A stretch of DNA of 64,000 nt from an uncultured Chloroflexia bacterium (GTDB taxonomy: Bacteria; Chloroflexota; Limnocylindria; Limnocylindrales; CSP1-4): positions 2,454,485-2,518,484 of the forward strand of contig CAVPYV010000001.1 in the NCBI GenBank assembly GCA_963710105.1, given 5' to 3'. The notes below the pieces were generated by a model. The model ran no database searches and was not told the DNA's origin. It saw nothing but the letters and a program-made list of their open reading frames with translations. Shown here in pieces: positions 1 through 9,351 of this stretch. The translations under genes and the position numbers were made by a program. Position 1 is the stretch's first letter, and the number at the start of each line of letters is the position of its first letter.

Positions 1-89
1 GCCGACGTCGGAAGTGCCCCCAACGTCGCGGGGCGTCGAGCTGTCCGCCGGCGGCTCGCCGTCCGCGCTCAGCCCGCCGCGGAGGAGCG

Positions 90-837
90 ATGGAGGAGTC
101 GGCCGCGCCATGGCGCGCGCTCGAGGACGTCCCGGCGGGTCGCGGCCCCGGAGACGGGACGAACCCGGCCGCCGGGTCCGGCCGGCCCGAGCCGGTGGCC
201 GGCCTGCTCGCGGTGCGTGCGCCGCTGATCGCGGCGGCGCTCGTCGTCGCGGCGGTCGTGGCCGGGATCGCCGCCTGGCTCGTCCTCTCGAGCGGCCACG
301 GCGAGCTCGTCGTCGAGGGTGGCGGTCCCGTTCCCGGGCGTTCCGCTGCCGCTCCGTCCGCGGATGCCAGGGCTCGCGAACGCCAGCGCCGGCAGCCTCG
401 TCGTCGACGTCCAGGGCGCGGTGTCGCGGCCGGGGATCGTCCACCTGCCGAGCGGCTCGCGGGTCGCCGACGCGATCGCCGCGGCCGGCGGGTATGGCCC
501 GCGGGTGGCGGCCGATCGGGTCGGACGGGTGCTCAACCTGGCGGCCCTGGTGCGGGACGGCGATCAGATCCTCGTGCCGTCACGCGACGATCCGGCCGAC
601 GAGGCGTCCGCGGCGCCGCCGGCCATGGGCACGTCGGGCGGCGGCGGGCCGATCGACCTCAACCACGCCACCGCGACAGAGCTCGACAGCCTGCCCGGGA
701 TCGGGCCGGTGACCGCGGCCAAGATCATCGCCGCCCGGGAGGAACAGCCGTTCGCAACGGTCGAGGACCTCCGGACGCGGAAAGTGCTCGGGTCGGCGAC
801 GCTCGACAAGATCAAGGACCTCGTCGTCGTCCGATGA
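90..837 (+). CDS. comEA: Competence protein ComEA (SLBB + helix-hairpin-helix DNA-binding domains). The N-terminal TM segment lies in frame 0 from 90; the SLBB/HhH part lies in frame 1 from the GTG at 319, so there is an apparent +1 frameshift near 300-320.
   Basis: The 319..837 translation contains [33 protein letters not shown] (SLBB) and [30 protein letters not shown] (HhH), both typical of ComEA. An upstream hydrophobic helix ([21 protein letters not shown]) is in another frame. Confidence 0.8.
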
Positions 838-874
838 GGGGCCGGCGGCATCTGCGGCTCGCGGCGGCCCGGTC

Positions 875-3457
875 ATGAGCGCGAGCGGCTGGTTGGCGAT
901 CGGGGCGGTCATCGCGGCGCTCGCGTCGCCCGGCCTCGGATCGCCGGTCGTCGCGTTGACTGCGGCGCGTCGTCGCCGGAGCCGCGGCGCTCGGTCGCGC
1001 CCGGAGCGCCGGGCGAGGCGTCGCGTCGCGCCCGGTTCGGGACCGCGATCGCGATCGCGGCGGGCGCTCTCGTCGTCGCCCTTCGCCTGCTCGGCGAGCC
1101 GCACGGCGTCCCGGCGGACCCTTCCGACGCGGCCGCGGGGCTGCCGGCGGGTCGCGGGCCGTGGACCGCGGTCGTCGAGGCCCGCGGGTCGGACCGCGAC
1201 GGCCAGCAGGTGGCGACCCTCTCGATTCGCCCACCCAGCGACGTGCCGGCCCCCGCCTCGGCCGGATGGTCGGTCGCCGCCACCCTTCCCCGCTATCCGG
1301 AGATCGAGCCGGGCCTCGCGGTCACGGTCGACGGAGCGGTCGAGCCGCCGCCGGACGGGCCGTACGGCGACTACCTCCAGCGGACCGGGGTCGCCGGCAC
1401 GCTCGCGATCGCGGACACTTCGGATCGACGGCGCGGTCACGGGGCCGGGCGCAGCCCTCGAGCGCCTCCGCCGCGGCGCCGGGGATGCGCTGGCCGCCGC
1501 GATCCCGGAGCCGGAGGCGGGACTCGCGGCGGGAATCGTCGTCGGGCTCCGCGACCGGGTCGACCGCGACCTCGCCGCGGACTTCACGACCGTCGGGGCG
1601 AGCCACGTCGTGGCGATCTCCGGCTGGAACATCGCGATCGTGGCGGCCACCGTCGCGGCGCTCGCCGGTCGCCTCGGCCGGCGTCGGCGATCCGTGATCC
1701 TGGCGATCGCGATCGTGGCCTACGTCCTCTTCGCCGGCGCGTCGCCGTCGGTCGTCCGCGCCGCGGCGATGGCCGGCGTGGTCCTCCTCGCCCGCGAGAG
1801 CGGGCGCGCGGGCCGGGCGGCGGCCGCGCTCGGCTGGGCGGCGGCGATCCTGCTCGCGGTCGAGCCCGGGCTCGTCCTCGACGCCGGGCTTCCAGCTGTC
1901 GACGCTGGCGACGGCCGGCATCCTCGCCTGGGCGAACCGGATCGACGACCGGCTGCGGTCGGTCGCCGGCGGGCGGGTGCCGGGCTGGCTGGCCGAGTCG
2001 CTCGGCGTGTCCCTCGCCGCCCAGGCCGCCACGCTGCCGGTGGTCCTCGCGACCTTCGGCCGGCTCGCCCTGATCTCGCCGGCGATCAACCTCGCGATCG
2101 TCCCGCTCGTCGCCCCGGCGATGGCCGCGGCGATGGTGGCCCTCGCCGGCGGGGCGCTGGCCGTGCTCGGCGGGCCGTCGATCGTCGCCACGGTCCTCGG
2201 GCTGCCGGCCTGGGCGCTGCTGACCGCGATGTGCACGATCGTCCGCGCCGGCGCAGCGCTCCCGATCGCGAGCGTCACGCTCGGGCCGCCGTGGACGATC
2301 GTCGCGGCGGTGGCGGTCGTGGTCATCCCGGCCGCGGTCGTCGTCGCGCGCCGTCGCCGGCGGCGATCGACCGGGCGGGAACGCGGAGCCGTGGCGGGCG
2401 CCATCATCGAGCCGCTTCCCGCGGCCGCCGTCGACCCGAAGCCGACGCGCGGCGAGCCGTCGGACGCCGCTCGTCCCGGGTCGGCTCGCCGCCCTCGCCC
2501 TGGCGGTCGCGGTCGGCGCGCTCGGGATGGCCGCCGCCCACCGCACCGACGGCACGACCCGGATCACGGTCCTCGACGTCGGCCAGGGAGACGCGATCCT
2601 CGTCGAGGGCGGGCGCGGCGGGCGGATGCTCGTCGACGGCGGGCCGGATCCGGACCGGCTCCTCGTCGAGCTGGACCGGCGCCTGCCGCCGTGGGACCGC
2701 CGGATCGACGTCCTCGTCCTGACCCACCCCCACGAGGATCATGTCGCGGGCCTGCCGCTCCTCCTCGAGCGCTACCGCGTCGGGCGGATCTACGAGACCG
2801 GGATGCGCGGGCCCGGCCCGGGCTACGCCGCGTTCGACCGGATCCTCGGCGAGGCGGGCGCGCCGCCGGACGGGATCCTCGCCACGGGCGCCCGGATCGC
2901 CCTCGACGACATCCGGTTCCGCGTCCTGTGGCCGGATCCCGGCCGCGTCCCGCGCGAGCCGCCCGATGCGGGCCGCGGGATCAACGACGTCTCGATCGTG
3001 CTCCTCGGCGAGGTCGCCGGACGGCGATTCCTGCTGACCGGCGACGTCGAGGACGACGTCGACCCGCTCCTCGCCGAAGCGCGGCCTGCCGCCGATCGAC
3101 ATCCTCAAGGTCGCCCACCACGGCAGCGCGACGGCCTCGACGCCGGCCTTCCTCGACGCCGTCCGGCCGCGGGTCGCGATCGTCTCGGCCGGCGCCGGCA
3201 ACCCGTACGGCCACCCGGCGCGCTCGACGATCGACCGCCTCGCGGCTACCGGCGCCCGCGTCCTGCGGACCGACACCGACGGCTCGGTGGCGGTCACGAT
3301 CGACCCGGCGGGCGCGATCGCCGTGGCCGAGAGCGGCGCCCGGCGCGTCGCCGCCGTGCCGCTCGGCCCAGCCGTGGCGACGGCCACCGGCCGGGGCGCC
3401 CTGGGCCTGGCGGCATCGTCCGCCGCATTCAGCTGCGGGATACCATCGAGCGGATGA
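875..3457 (+). CDS. comEC: DNA internalisation competence protein ComEC/Rec2, made of DUF4131, the competence TM domain and a metallo-beta-lactamase domain. It is split over at least 5 frame changes (frame 2 then 1 near 960-1020; 1 to 2 near 1435; 2 to 0 near 1980; 0 to 1 near 2525; 1 to 2 near 3085).
   Basis: Motifs recovered in successive frames: GDYLQRTGVAGTLAI (DUF4131), TTVGASHVVAISGWNIAIV (competence domain), ITVLDVGQGDAILVE...LVLTHPHEDHVAGL (MBL domain) and LPPIDILKVAHHGSATAS (MBL C-terminus). The stop TGA at 3455-3457 overlaps the holA ATG. Confidence 0.8.
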
Positions 3458-4524
3458 CCACCGCACGCGTCGCCTACTTCTTCGGCGACGACGACCTCAC
3501 GATCGACCGCGCGGTCGCCCGCTTCGGGGCCGAGGTCGCGGCCGGCGGCGAGCCGCTCGAGCGCTGGGACCTTCGCGGCAACCGGAACCTGGCGGCGGCC
3601 CAGATCGGCGAGCTCCACGGCCGGGTCGCGACGCCGACGATGTTCGGGGGCGGGACGCTCGCGGTCGTGACGAACGCCGGGGCGCTCGCCGTCCGGGCCG
3701 AGGACCGCGATGCGCTGCTCGCCCTCGTCCCCCTCGTCGCCGATGGCAACGCCCTCGCGATCGTCGAGCAGAGCCAGAGCGGCGCGAAATCCGCGGGCCA
3801 GGCAAAGCTCGCCGAGGCGATCCGCGGTGCCGGCGGCCGGGTGACCGGGATCCAGTCCCCGAAGGAGGGGGCGCTCGCCGCCTGGATCGAGAGCGAAGGC
3901 CGCGACCGGGGGGTCCGGCTCGGCGTCGGCGCGGCGAAGGAGCTCGCGACGCGGATCGGCGGCTTCGTCCGCGAGGGCGACGCGGAGCGGCGCGATCAGA
4001 CGCGCCTGGCGGCGATGGAGCTCGACAAGCTCGCCCTGTACCGGCCCGACTCGATCGTCTCGCCCGACGACGTCCGGGCGCTCGTCGCCGAGGCGCTGCC
4101 CGGGAGCGCCTGGGCCCTCGCCGACGCCGTGGCCGAGCGGGACGCGTCACGGGCGCTCCACCTACTCGACGCCCTCGCCGAGTCGATGCCCGAGCCGGTC
4201 CTCGTCGTCGTCCTTCATCGCCGGATCCGGGAGCTGCTCGAGCTCCAGGACCGGATGCCGGGAGCGAAGAGCCTCGCCGCCGCGGCGCTGGCGATGGGGA
4301 TCCGGAGCGAGTTCCGGGCACGGCGTCTCGCCGAGCAGGCCCGCCTCTGGCGCGGCGACGAGCTGATCGCCGCGATCGATGGGCTGCTCGAGCTCGATGC
4401 GGTCGTCAAGGGTGCGCCGGGGCGCGGCGGTGGCGACGCCCATCACCGTCTGGCGTTCGCCCTCTGGATCGGCGACCACGTGGCGCGGGGTCGGTCACCG
4501 GTAACGACGAGCCCGCGGGCCTGA
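3454..4524 (+). CDS. holA: DNA polymerase III delta subunit (HolA). The last 11 codons differ from the downstream duplicate copy.
   Basis: ATG at 3454 (ATGA overlap with the comEC stop). The translation MTTARVAYFFGDDDL...LWIGD has the size and synteny typical of holA after comEA-comEC. The 3' 506 bp are repeated at 7139-7644. Confidence 0.8.
   Translation: MTTARVAYFFGDDDLTIDRAVARFGAEVAAGGEPLERWDLRGNRNLAAAQIGELHGRVATPTMFGGGTLAVVTNAGALAVRAEDRDALLALVPLVADGNALAIVEQSQSGAKSAGQAKLAEAIRGAGGRVTGIQSPKEGALAAWIESEGRDRGVRLGVGAAKELATRIGGFVREGDAERRDQTRLAAMELDKLALYRPDSIVSPDDVRALVAEALPGSAWALADAVAERDASRALHLLDALAESMPEPVLVVVLHRRIRELLELQDRMPGAKSLAAAALAMGIRSEFRARRLAEQARLWRGDELIAAIDGLLELDAVVKGAPGRGGGDAHHRLAFALWIGDHVARGRSPVTTSPRA
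3985..4490. repeat. Left copy of a 506-bp direct repeat of the holA 3' end (4131-4490 are 100% identical to 7285-7644; 3985-4130 are about 80% identical).
   Basis: Identical six-frame ORF translations appear at a constant offset of 3154 bp (4162..4479 vs 7316..7633; 3497..4321 vs 7125..7475). A manual alignment confirms this. Confidence 0.85.
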
Positions 4525-5111
4525 TCGGCGGCCCGGAGAGCGACCTCTGATGGGGCCCGATGTCCTGTCAGCGGTCCTGATGTCCTGATACTCGCCGCCA
4601 GTCCGCTTCCCTGGAGGGTTAGGTGGGCGAGATGGGGGCCATCCACGAGAGGGCACGACTAGCCACGACGCCGCTGGAGCGAAACTGACCGACGGAGGTC
4701 GATCTGCTCCGGCCGAGCAGGGCGAGCGCCCGGCGGTCCCACGTAGGCTAGCCAACGTTCTGTAGGTATGTCCTCTTGGCGTGGCAATTGGCGCATACGA
4801 CATCCCATTTGGCGATCTCGGCGAGAAGCACCTGGAGTTCGCTGGTACAGTGCCCTCAGCGATCCCTCAGGCGCGCCCCGGGATTCGACCTTCGATCGCG
4901 CCCACGAGCAGGCGCGGCGGAGTTGGCTGACAAAGGAGCGCCCGCGGATAGTTCGCCCTGTGACGGATGAACCGTTCCGATTCTTTACGGCTGCTCGGCG
5001 TTCTCCCGGAAGAGGCCTCACCCGGGATTAGCTTGCCAGTGGCGCTTCCGCTTGTCATCGCCCACTCCGGATCGACGGGTTCTCCAAGCCAGTCTCGGAG
5101 GGCGGGTGCGG

Positions 5112-5660
5112 TTACTCGCTCGGTGGTTGCCAGATCGCCAGACGCGTAACCGTGGCGCACACGTTGTATCGGCCCCAACGGCCGGAATTCACATGGTCAG
5201 TAATGTCCTCGTGCGCGGTTGCGAAGAGCGCACCATCGGCATCCAGAACCTTGGTGAAGTCGGGGTCGAAGACCGCAACGAAGGCATGCGGCCACAGAAT
5301 CGGTAGCACGAACTCCGTACTGAGTAACGCGACCACCTCGCCGTCGCTCTCCGCTACCAAGACGAACCTGGTCGTCGTCTCCACGCCCGCGCAACTGTCG
5401 GCTGGGAACATCTCCGGCAAGGGAACTAGGGTGGCCCCGCCCACGATGGACGCCGTCGGCGTCGCGGTCTCGCCCACGGAAGCTACAGGGGTCGATTCAG
5501 ATGCAGGCGAACCCGATGCCGACGGCAGAGTTGAGGCATTGGGCGGTGCAACACTTGGCGTAACCGAATTGCTCACACACGCCCACAGCATCGAGCCGAG
5601 AACAAGTGCGGCGATCGCGGCGCGGCGCGTGCCTAGCAGGGAGAAGTCTGCACGTAGCAT
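5112..5660 (-). CDS. Secreted/lipoprotein-like hypothetical protein. Its ATG overlaps the 3' end of the S1 protease gene; it is a possible cognate partner or inhibitor.
   Basis: MLRADFSLLGTRRAAIAALVLGSMLWAC (signal peptide with a Cys), then a Ser/Thr/Pro-rich linker and a roughly 110-aa globular domain. The ATG at 5658-5660 overlaps protease codons by about 25 nt. Confidence 0.5.
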   Translation of the reverse strand: MLRADFSLLGTRRAAIAALVLGSMLWACVSNSVTPSVAPPNASTLPSASGSPASESTPVASVGETATPTASIVGGATLVPLPEMFPADSCAGVETTTRFVLVAESDGEVVALLSTEFVLPILWPHAFVAVFDPDFTKVLDADGALFATAHEDITDHVNSGRWGRYNVCATVTRLAIWQPPSE

Positions 5661-6976
5661 GGCCGCCAGCCGTACGCGTCGCGGATCTCGGGCATCGTCC
5701 CGTAGAACATGAAGGCGTGACCTTTGTCGTTCACCACGCTGGAACTGATGATCCCAACGGCCGCGAAGTTCCAAAATACCGGCCCGCCACTGTCGCCGTG
5801 GTCAACTGCGGTGTCCATCTGCCATTGGTGGTGGAGGTGGTAGTTGTCTGTCGTCAATACGTCGCGGTTCAGGGCGGTGATAACGCCGCAGTCGTAGCCG
5901 GTGCTTTGGCCCGCTCGGCAAATCGTCGTGTTCTGCGTCTGCGATGACTCGGCCATGGTGCTTGTCATGTGGCGCAGATCGCCGGTGCTCTGGCCAAACA
6001 TGTAGTTCGCGGGCACCTGAGTTGTGAATTGTCCGCTTCCCACCGAATACCGAACGACGCCGAAGTCGGCGTATGAACCGTCGAAGTAGTTCTCGACGAT
6101 GCCGGGGCCGTAGTACTTGCTGTTGTGGTACCAATTGCCGTTGGCAACGGACTGAAGACAGTGGCCCGCAGTCAGAAACTGGTTCGTCGAATTGCCGCTG
6201 TTCGATCGACCCATGAATCCAGATGTGCAGGTCGTGCCGCCAATTGGCCCACCGGTGCCCTGTATTGACAGCCCGCCCTTCATAGGATTCGGGCAGCTGG
6301 TTCGCGATGTGCAGGTGTCCAGCTCATCGGACGCGACGTACTCGATGCGGAGCATTGGCGACTTAGCGAGATCGGTAAAGCCCACCCCCGTTGGCACTGA
6401 ACCCACGCGAAGCTGCAACACGACGCTGTTCGATGGCTGATCGATGCCGACGGATCGGTACCCAATCTCGTAGGCCCCTGGCGCGTCGAACAGACTCGCC
6501 ACCCTGGTCTGAAAGTCGCTAAGCGTGGCCAGCGAATACGTGACCGGCTGAAAATGCACCGGCGCCCCCTTCGGGAGCAGCGCAAGCAGGTAGCCCTCGC
6601 CGAGATCGGGAGTGCCGCTGGTGGCGACCACGATCTGGCCTCCTGCAAGGTTGTCCATCCAGAGGCCCCCGAACCATGGTCGACCCTCGAGCTCCGGCAG
6701 GATGGCATCAGTGCCGTGACCGATATCCTGACGTCGGTCGAGCTCATCGGCTTCCGCGAGGGTCAGCAGTGTCCCGTAGCGATCCGTGTGCTCGCCATTG
6801 GCGACACTGTTGATCGTCGAGAGGTCGAAGGTCAAACCTTCAGAGACACGGAAATCGATCGCGCGCTGCAATACCGCCGCGGACAGGACTGGCCCGACGG
6901 CGGCAGTGCTTGTGGACGCGAGAATGCTCGCGATCGCGGCCATGGCGGCCATGACTGCCGTCTTTCGTCGGTGCAT
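5633..6976 (-). CDS. Secreted S1 (chymotrypsin-fold) serine protease of the alpha-lytic/streptogrisin type, with an N-terminal pro-region.
   Basis: Signal peptide MHRRKTAVMAAMAAIASILAS. Catalytic His motif TAGHC and Ser motif GDSGGP, with Cys pairs typical of the S1E family. A GGAGGG Shine-Dalgarno lies upstream of 6976. Confidence 0.8.
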   Translation of the reverse strand: MHRRKTAVMAAMAAIASILASTSTAAVGPVLSAAVLQRAIDFRVSEGLTFDLSTINSVANGEHTDRYGTLLTLAEADELDRRQDIGHGTDAILPELEGRPWFGGLWMDNLAGGQIVVATSGTPDLGEGYLLALLPKGAPVHFQPVTYSLATLSDFQTRVASLFDAPGAYEIGYRSVGIDQPSNSVVLQLRVGSVPTGVGFTDLAKSPMLRIEYVASDELDTCTSRTSCPNPMKGGLSIQGTGGPIGGTTCTSGFMGRSNSGNSTNQFLTAGHCLQSVANGNWYHNSKYYGPGIVENYFDGSYADFGVVRYSVGSGQFTTQVPANYMFGQSTGDLRHMTSTMAESSQTQNTTICRAGQSTGYDCGVITALNRDVLTTDNYHLHHQWQMDTAVDHGDSGGPVFWNFAAVGIISSSVVNDKGHAFMFYGTMPEIRDAYGWRPCYVQTSPC

Positions 6977-7138
6977 CGTATCCCCCTCCCACCTCGACGG
7001 CCCCTGGCGCGAAGCCCAAGCCGGCGCCAGACTCTAGACGCTAAGGGCATCCGGATGCAACTGGTGAAAGCGAACCTCCGATTGCACCCTGTTGACATCC
7101 TGGCCCCCCGCGTGAACGGCCCAATCAAGGTGATTGCC

Positions 7139-7684
7139 GAGCGTCGCGACCAGACGCGTCGCGCCTCGATGGAGCTCGACAAGCTGGCCCTATACCGGAT
7201 GGATGCCGCCGTTTCCGTCGAGGACGTCCGCGCGCTGGTCGCCGAGGCGGTGCCCGGCAACGCCTGGGCGCTGGCCGACGCCGTCGCCGAGCGGGACGCG
7301 TCACGGGCGCTCCACCTACTCGACGCCCTCGCCGAGTCGATGCCCGAGCCGGTCCTCGTCGTCGTCCTTCATCGCCGGATCCGGGAGCTGCTCGAGCTCC
7401 AGGACCGGATGCCGGGAGCGAAGAGCCTCGCCGCCGCGGCGCTGGCGATGGGGATCCGGAGCGAGTTCCGGGCACGGCGTCTCGCCGAGCAGGCCCGCCT
7501 CTGGCGCGGCGACGAGCTGATCGCCGCGATCGATGGGCTGCTCGAGCTCGATGCGGTCGTCAAGGGTGCGCCGGGGCGCGGCGGTGGCGACGCCCATCAC
7601 CGTCTGGCGTTCGCCCTCTGGATCGGCGACCACGTGGCGCGGGGCGACGCCGTCCGGGCGGCGGCCGCGCGCGCGGGCCCCTAG
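7139..7684 (+). pseudogene. holA: Displaced 3' fragment of holA (right copy of the direct repeat). It carries a divergent 5' 146 bp and an alternative, more native-looking C-terminus.
   Basis: It translates in the holA frame to RRDQTRRASMELDKLALYR...LWIGDHVARGDAVRAAAARAGP*. It has no N-terminal two-thirds and no start. Positions 7285-7644 are identical to 4131-4490. Confidence 0.7.
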
Positions 7685-7691
7685 CGGCGGG

Positions 7692-7946
7692 TCAGTCGGC
7701 CGAGCTCCACGCCTGCTCCTGGACGACGAGGTCGCTCTCGATGGCGAAGACGCAGCGGCCGTCGCGGAGGTCGAGCAGCTCGATCAGCTCCGGATCGATG
7801 TAGAGCTGGTGGCAGTCCTCGCACAGCCCGCCCGGGATCCCGAAGCACAGCCGCTCGGTCCGATCCGACATCCGGAACGTCGTGTCGAACCGGGTCGTGA
7901 TCAGGCGGCGGCTGCAGGCGGGACAGCGTTCGCGAAGGCGGGACAT
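7692..7946 (-). CDS. Small YgiT/MqsA-type zinc-ribbon domain protein (84 aa). There is no HTH domain and no adjacent toxin.
   Basis: MSRLRERCPACSRRLITTRFDTTFRMSDRTERLCFGIPGGLCEDCHQLYIDPEL gives a CPxC...CxxC zinc ribbon with the TTF/ERT pattern of the MqsA N-terminal domain. Confidence 0.6.
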   Translation of the reverse strand: MSRLRERCPACSRRLITTRFDTTFRMSDRTERLCFGIPGGLCEDCHQLYIDPELIELLDLRDGRCVFAIESDLVVQEQAWSSAD

Positions 7947-8154
7947 CGGCGGTTCTGCTGAGCCTCGTGGCCGGGTCGATCGGCGATCGACCGCTGGCGT
8001 CGATGCTGCGTGCCCGCACCGCCCGGCAACATGACCCGACGGTACCGCCGCCGATCCGGTACTCGGGCTAGGCCGGCGACCGCCGGACCGGGGATCGGCG
8101 GGGACGATCGGGAACCGGGCCCGGCCCGCGCGGCCCTCGTCTCGCTGGCGCCGC

Positions 8155-8484
8155 CTACTGGACGCGGAGGACGGTCTTCGCCTCGCCCCAGTGCTTCTCG
8201 AGCGAGTAGTACTCGCGCTCCGGCGGCGTGAACACGTGGACGACGACGGCTCCGAAGTCGACGAGGACCCAGTGCGAGGCGGCGGTTCCCTCACGCCCGA
8301 TCGGGCGGACCTTCTCGGCCCGCATCCCCTCGATGATCCCGTCGGCGATCGCGTCGAGCTGGCGCTCCGAGCCGCCCGAGCAGATGACGAACGCGTCGGC
8401 GAGGGTCGTCAGGCCGGTGAGGTCGAGGAGGATGATGTCGGCCGCCTTCTTGTCCTCGGCGAGCTCGACGATCCGCCGCGCCAT
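8155..8484 (-). CDS. rsfS: Ribosomal silencing factor RsfS (Iojap).
   Basis: MARRIVELAEDKKAADIILLDLTGLTTLADAFVICSGGSERQLDAIADGI...HWVLVDFGAVVVHVF is a typical RsfS. It lies downstream of nadD, as in the conserved obg-nadD-rsfS cluster. Confidence 0.85.
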   Translation of the reverse strand: MARRIVELAEDKKAADIILLDLTGLTTLADAFVICSGGSERQLDAIADGIIEGMRAEKVRPIGREGTAASHWVLVDFGAVVVHVFTPPEREYYSLEKHWGEAKTVLRVQ

Positions 8485-8667
8485 GTCGAGCGGGGCGCGC
8501 TCCGCGGCGGGCAGGGCCGTCGCCGCGGCCGCGGCGACGCCGGCCGCGTCGCGGCTTGGGAGCCCGTCCGGGCGGGGGGCGTGGGAAGTGGCCGACAGCT
8601 CGTCGGCGGGCGTCCCGGCGAGGGGCGCGGGATCAGTCACGATCGAATCATCCTCCAAGGGTTCGGG

Positions 8668-9351
8668 CTGACGATACAGCCGATGGGCCGAGATCACCTC
8701 GGCCACGGCAGGCGGGACGAGGCCGTCGAGCGGCTCGCCGGCCGACGCCCGACGACGGATGACCGAGGCGGAGACATCGACGCGCGGGCCGTCGAAGACG
8801 ACGATCCGGTCGGCGCGCCCGGGAAACGTTGCGGCGACCACGGCAGGATCGGGCGGCGCGTGGCCCGACCGCGGGGCGACCGCGATCCGGGCCAGGTCGA
8901 GGAGGCGCTCCGGCTCGTGCCACGACGCGAGGTCGGCGAACGACTCGGCCGACAGGATCACGGTGATGTCGGGCTCCCGTCCGGCGGCCCGCTCGATGGC
9001 CGCGAGCGCCTCGACGGTGTCGACCGTCCAGGACGGCCCGGGGCGGTCGAGCTCGATCCGGCTCGCCTCGATCCGCGGCTCGCCGGCGATCCCGGCCTCG
9101 ACCATCGCCAGCCGCACCGGACCGGGGCTGATCGGCCGGCCACGCTTGTGCGGCGGGACGGCGGCCGGGACGACGAGGACCCGCTCGAGCCCGAGCCGGT
9201 CGCGCGCAGCCCGGGCAAGGCCGAGGTGGCCGATGTGGAAGGGGTCGAACGTGCCGCCGAGGATGCCGATCGAGCCCGGCCGCACGGGCGCCGGAGCCTC
9301 GGTCGCCGGAGCCTCGGGCGTCACCGGACCTCCCAGGGCTGGGCCTCCCAT
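8668..9351 (-). CDS. nadD: Nicotinate-nucleotide adenylyltransferase NadD. The start is uncertain (9351, or the GTG near 9285). No stop codon separates it from rsfS in this frame.
   Basis: [16 protein letters not shown] (HxGH nucleotidyltransferase motif) ... ISASVIRRR. It shares a frame with rsfS through a roughly 60-aa low-complexity linker. Confidence 0.75.

Larger units (their letters stand above)
4491..7138. mobile_element. Lower-GC insert of about 2.65 kb bounded by the holA 3'-end direct repeat. It is a putative integrated or remnant genomic islet carrying a protease/lipoprotein gene pair; no integrase is present.
   Basis: GC falls to roughly 58-62% in 4.55-5.6 kb against more than 72% in the flanks. 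The insert is bounded by long direct repeats lying inside a conserved housekeeping operon. Confidence 0.5.

Noticed and set aside
6554-7684. 376-aa + strand ORF spanning the protease antisense strand into the holA fragment
   Set aside because: It is a chimera of antisense noise (6554-7138) and the displaced holA 3' fragment. Only the latter is meaningful, and it is annotated as a pseudogene.
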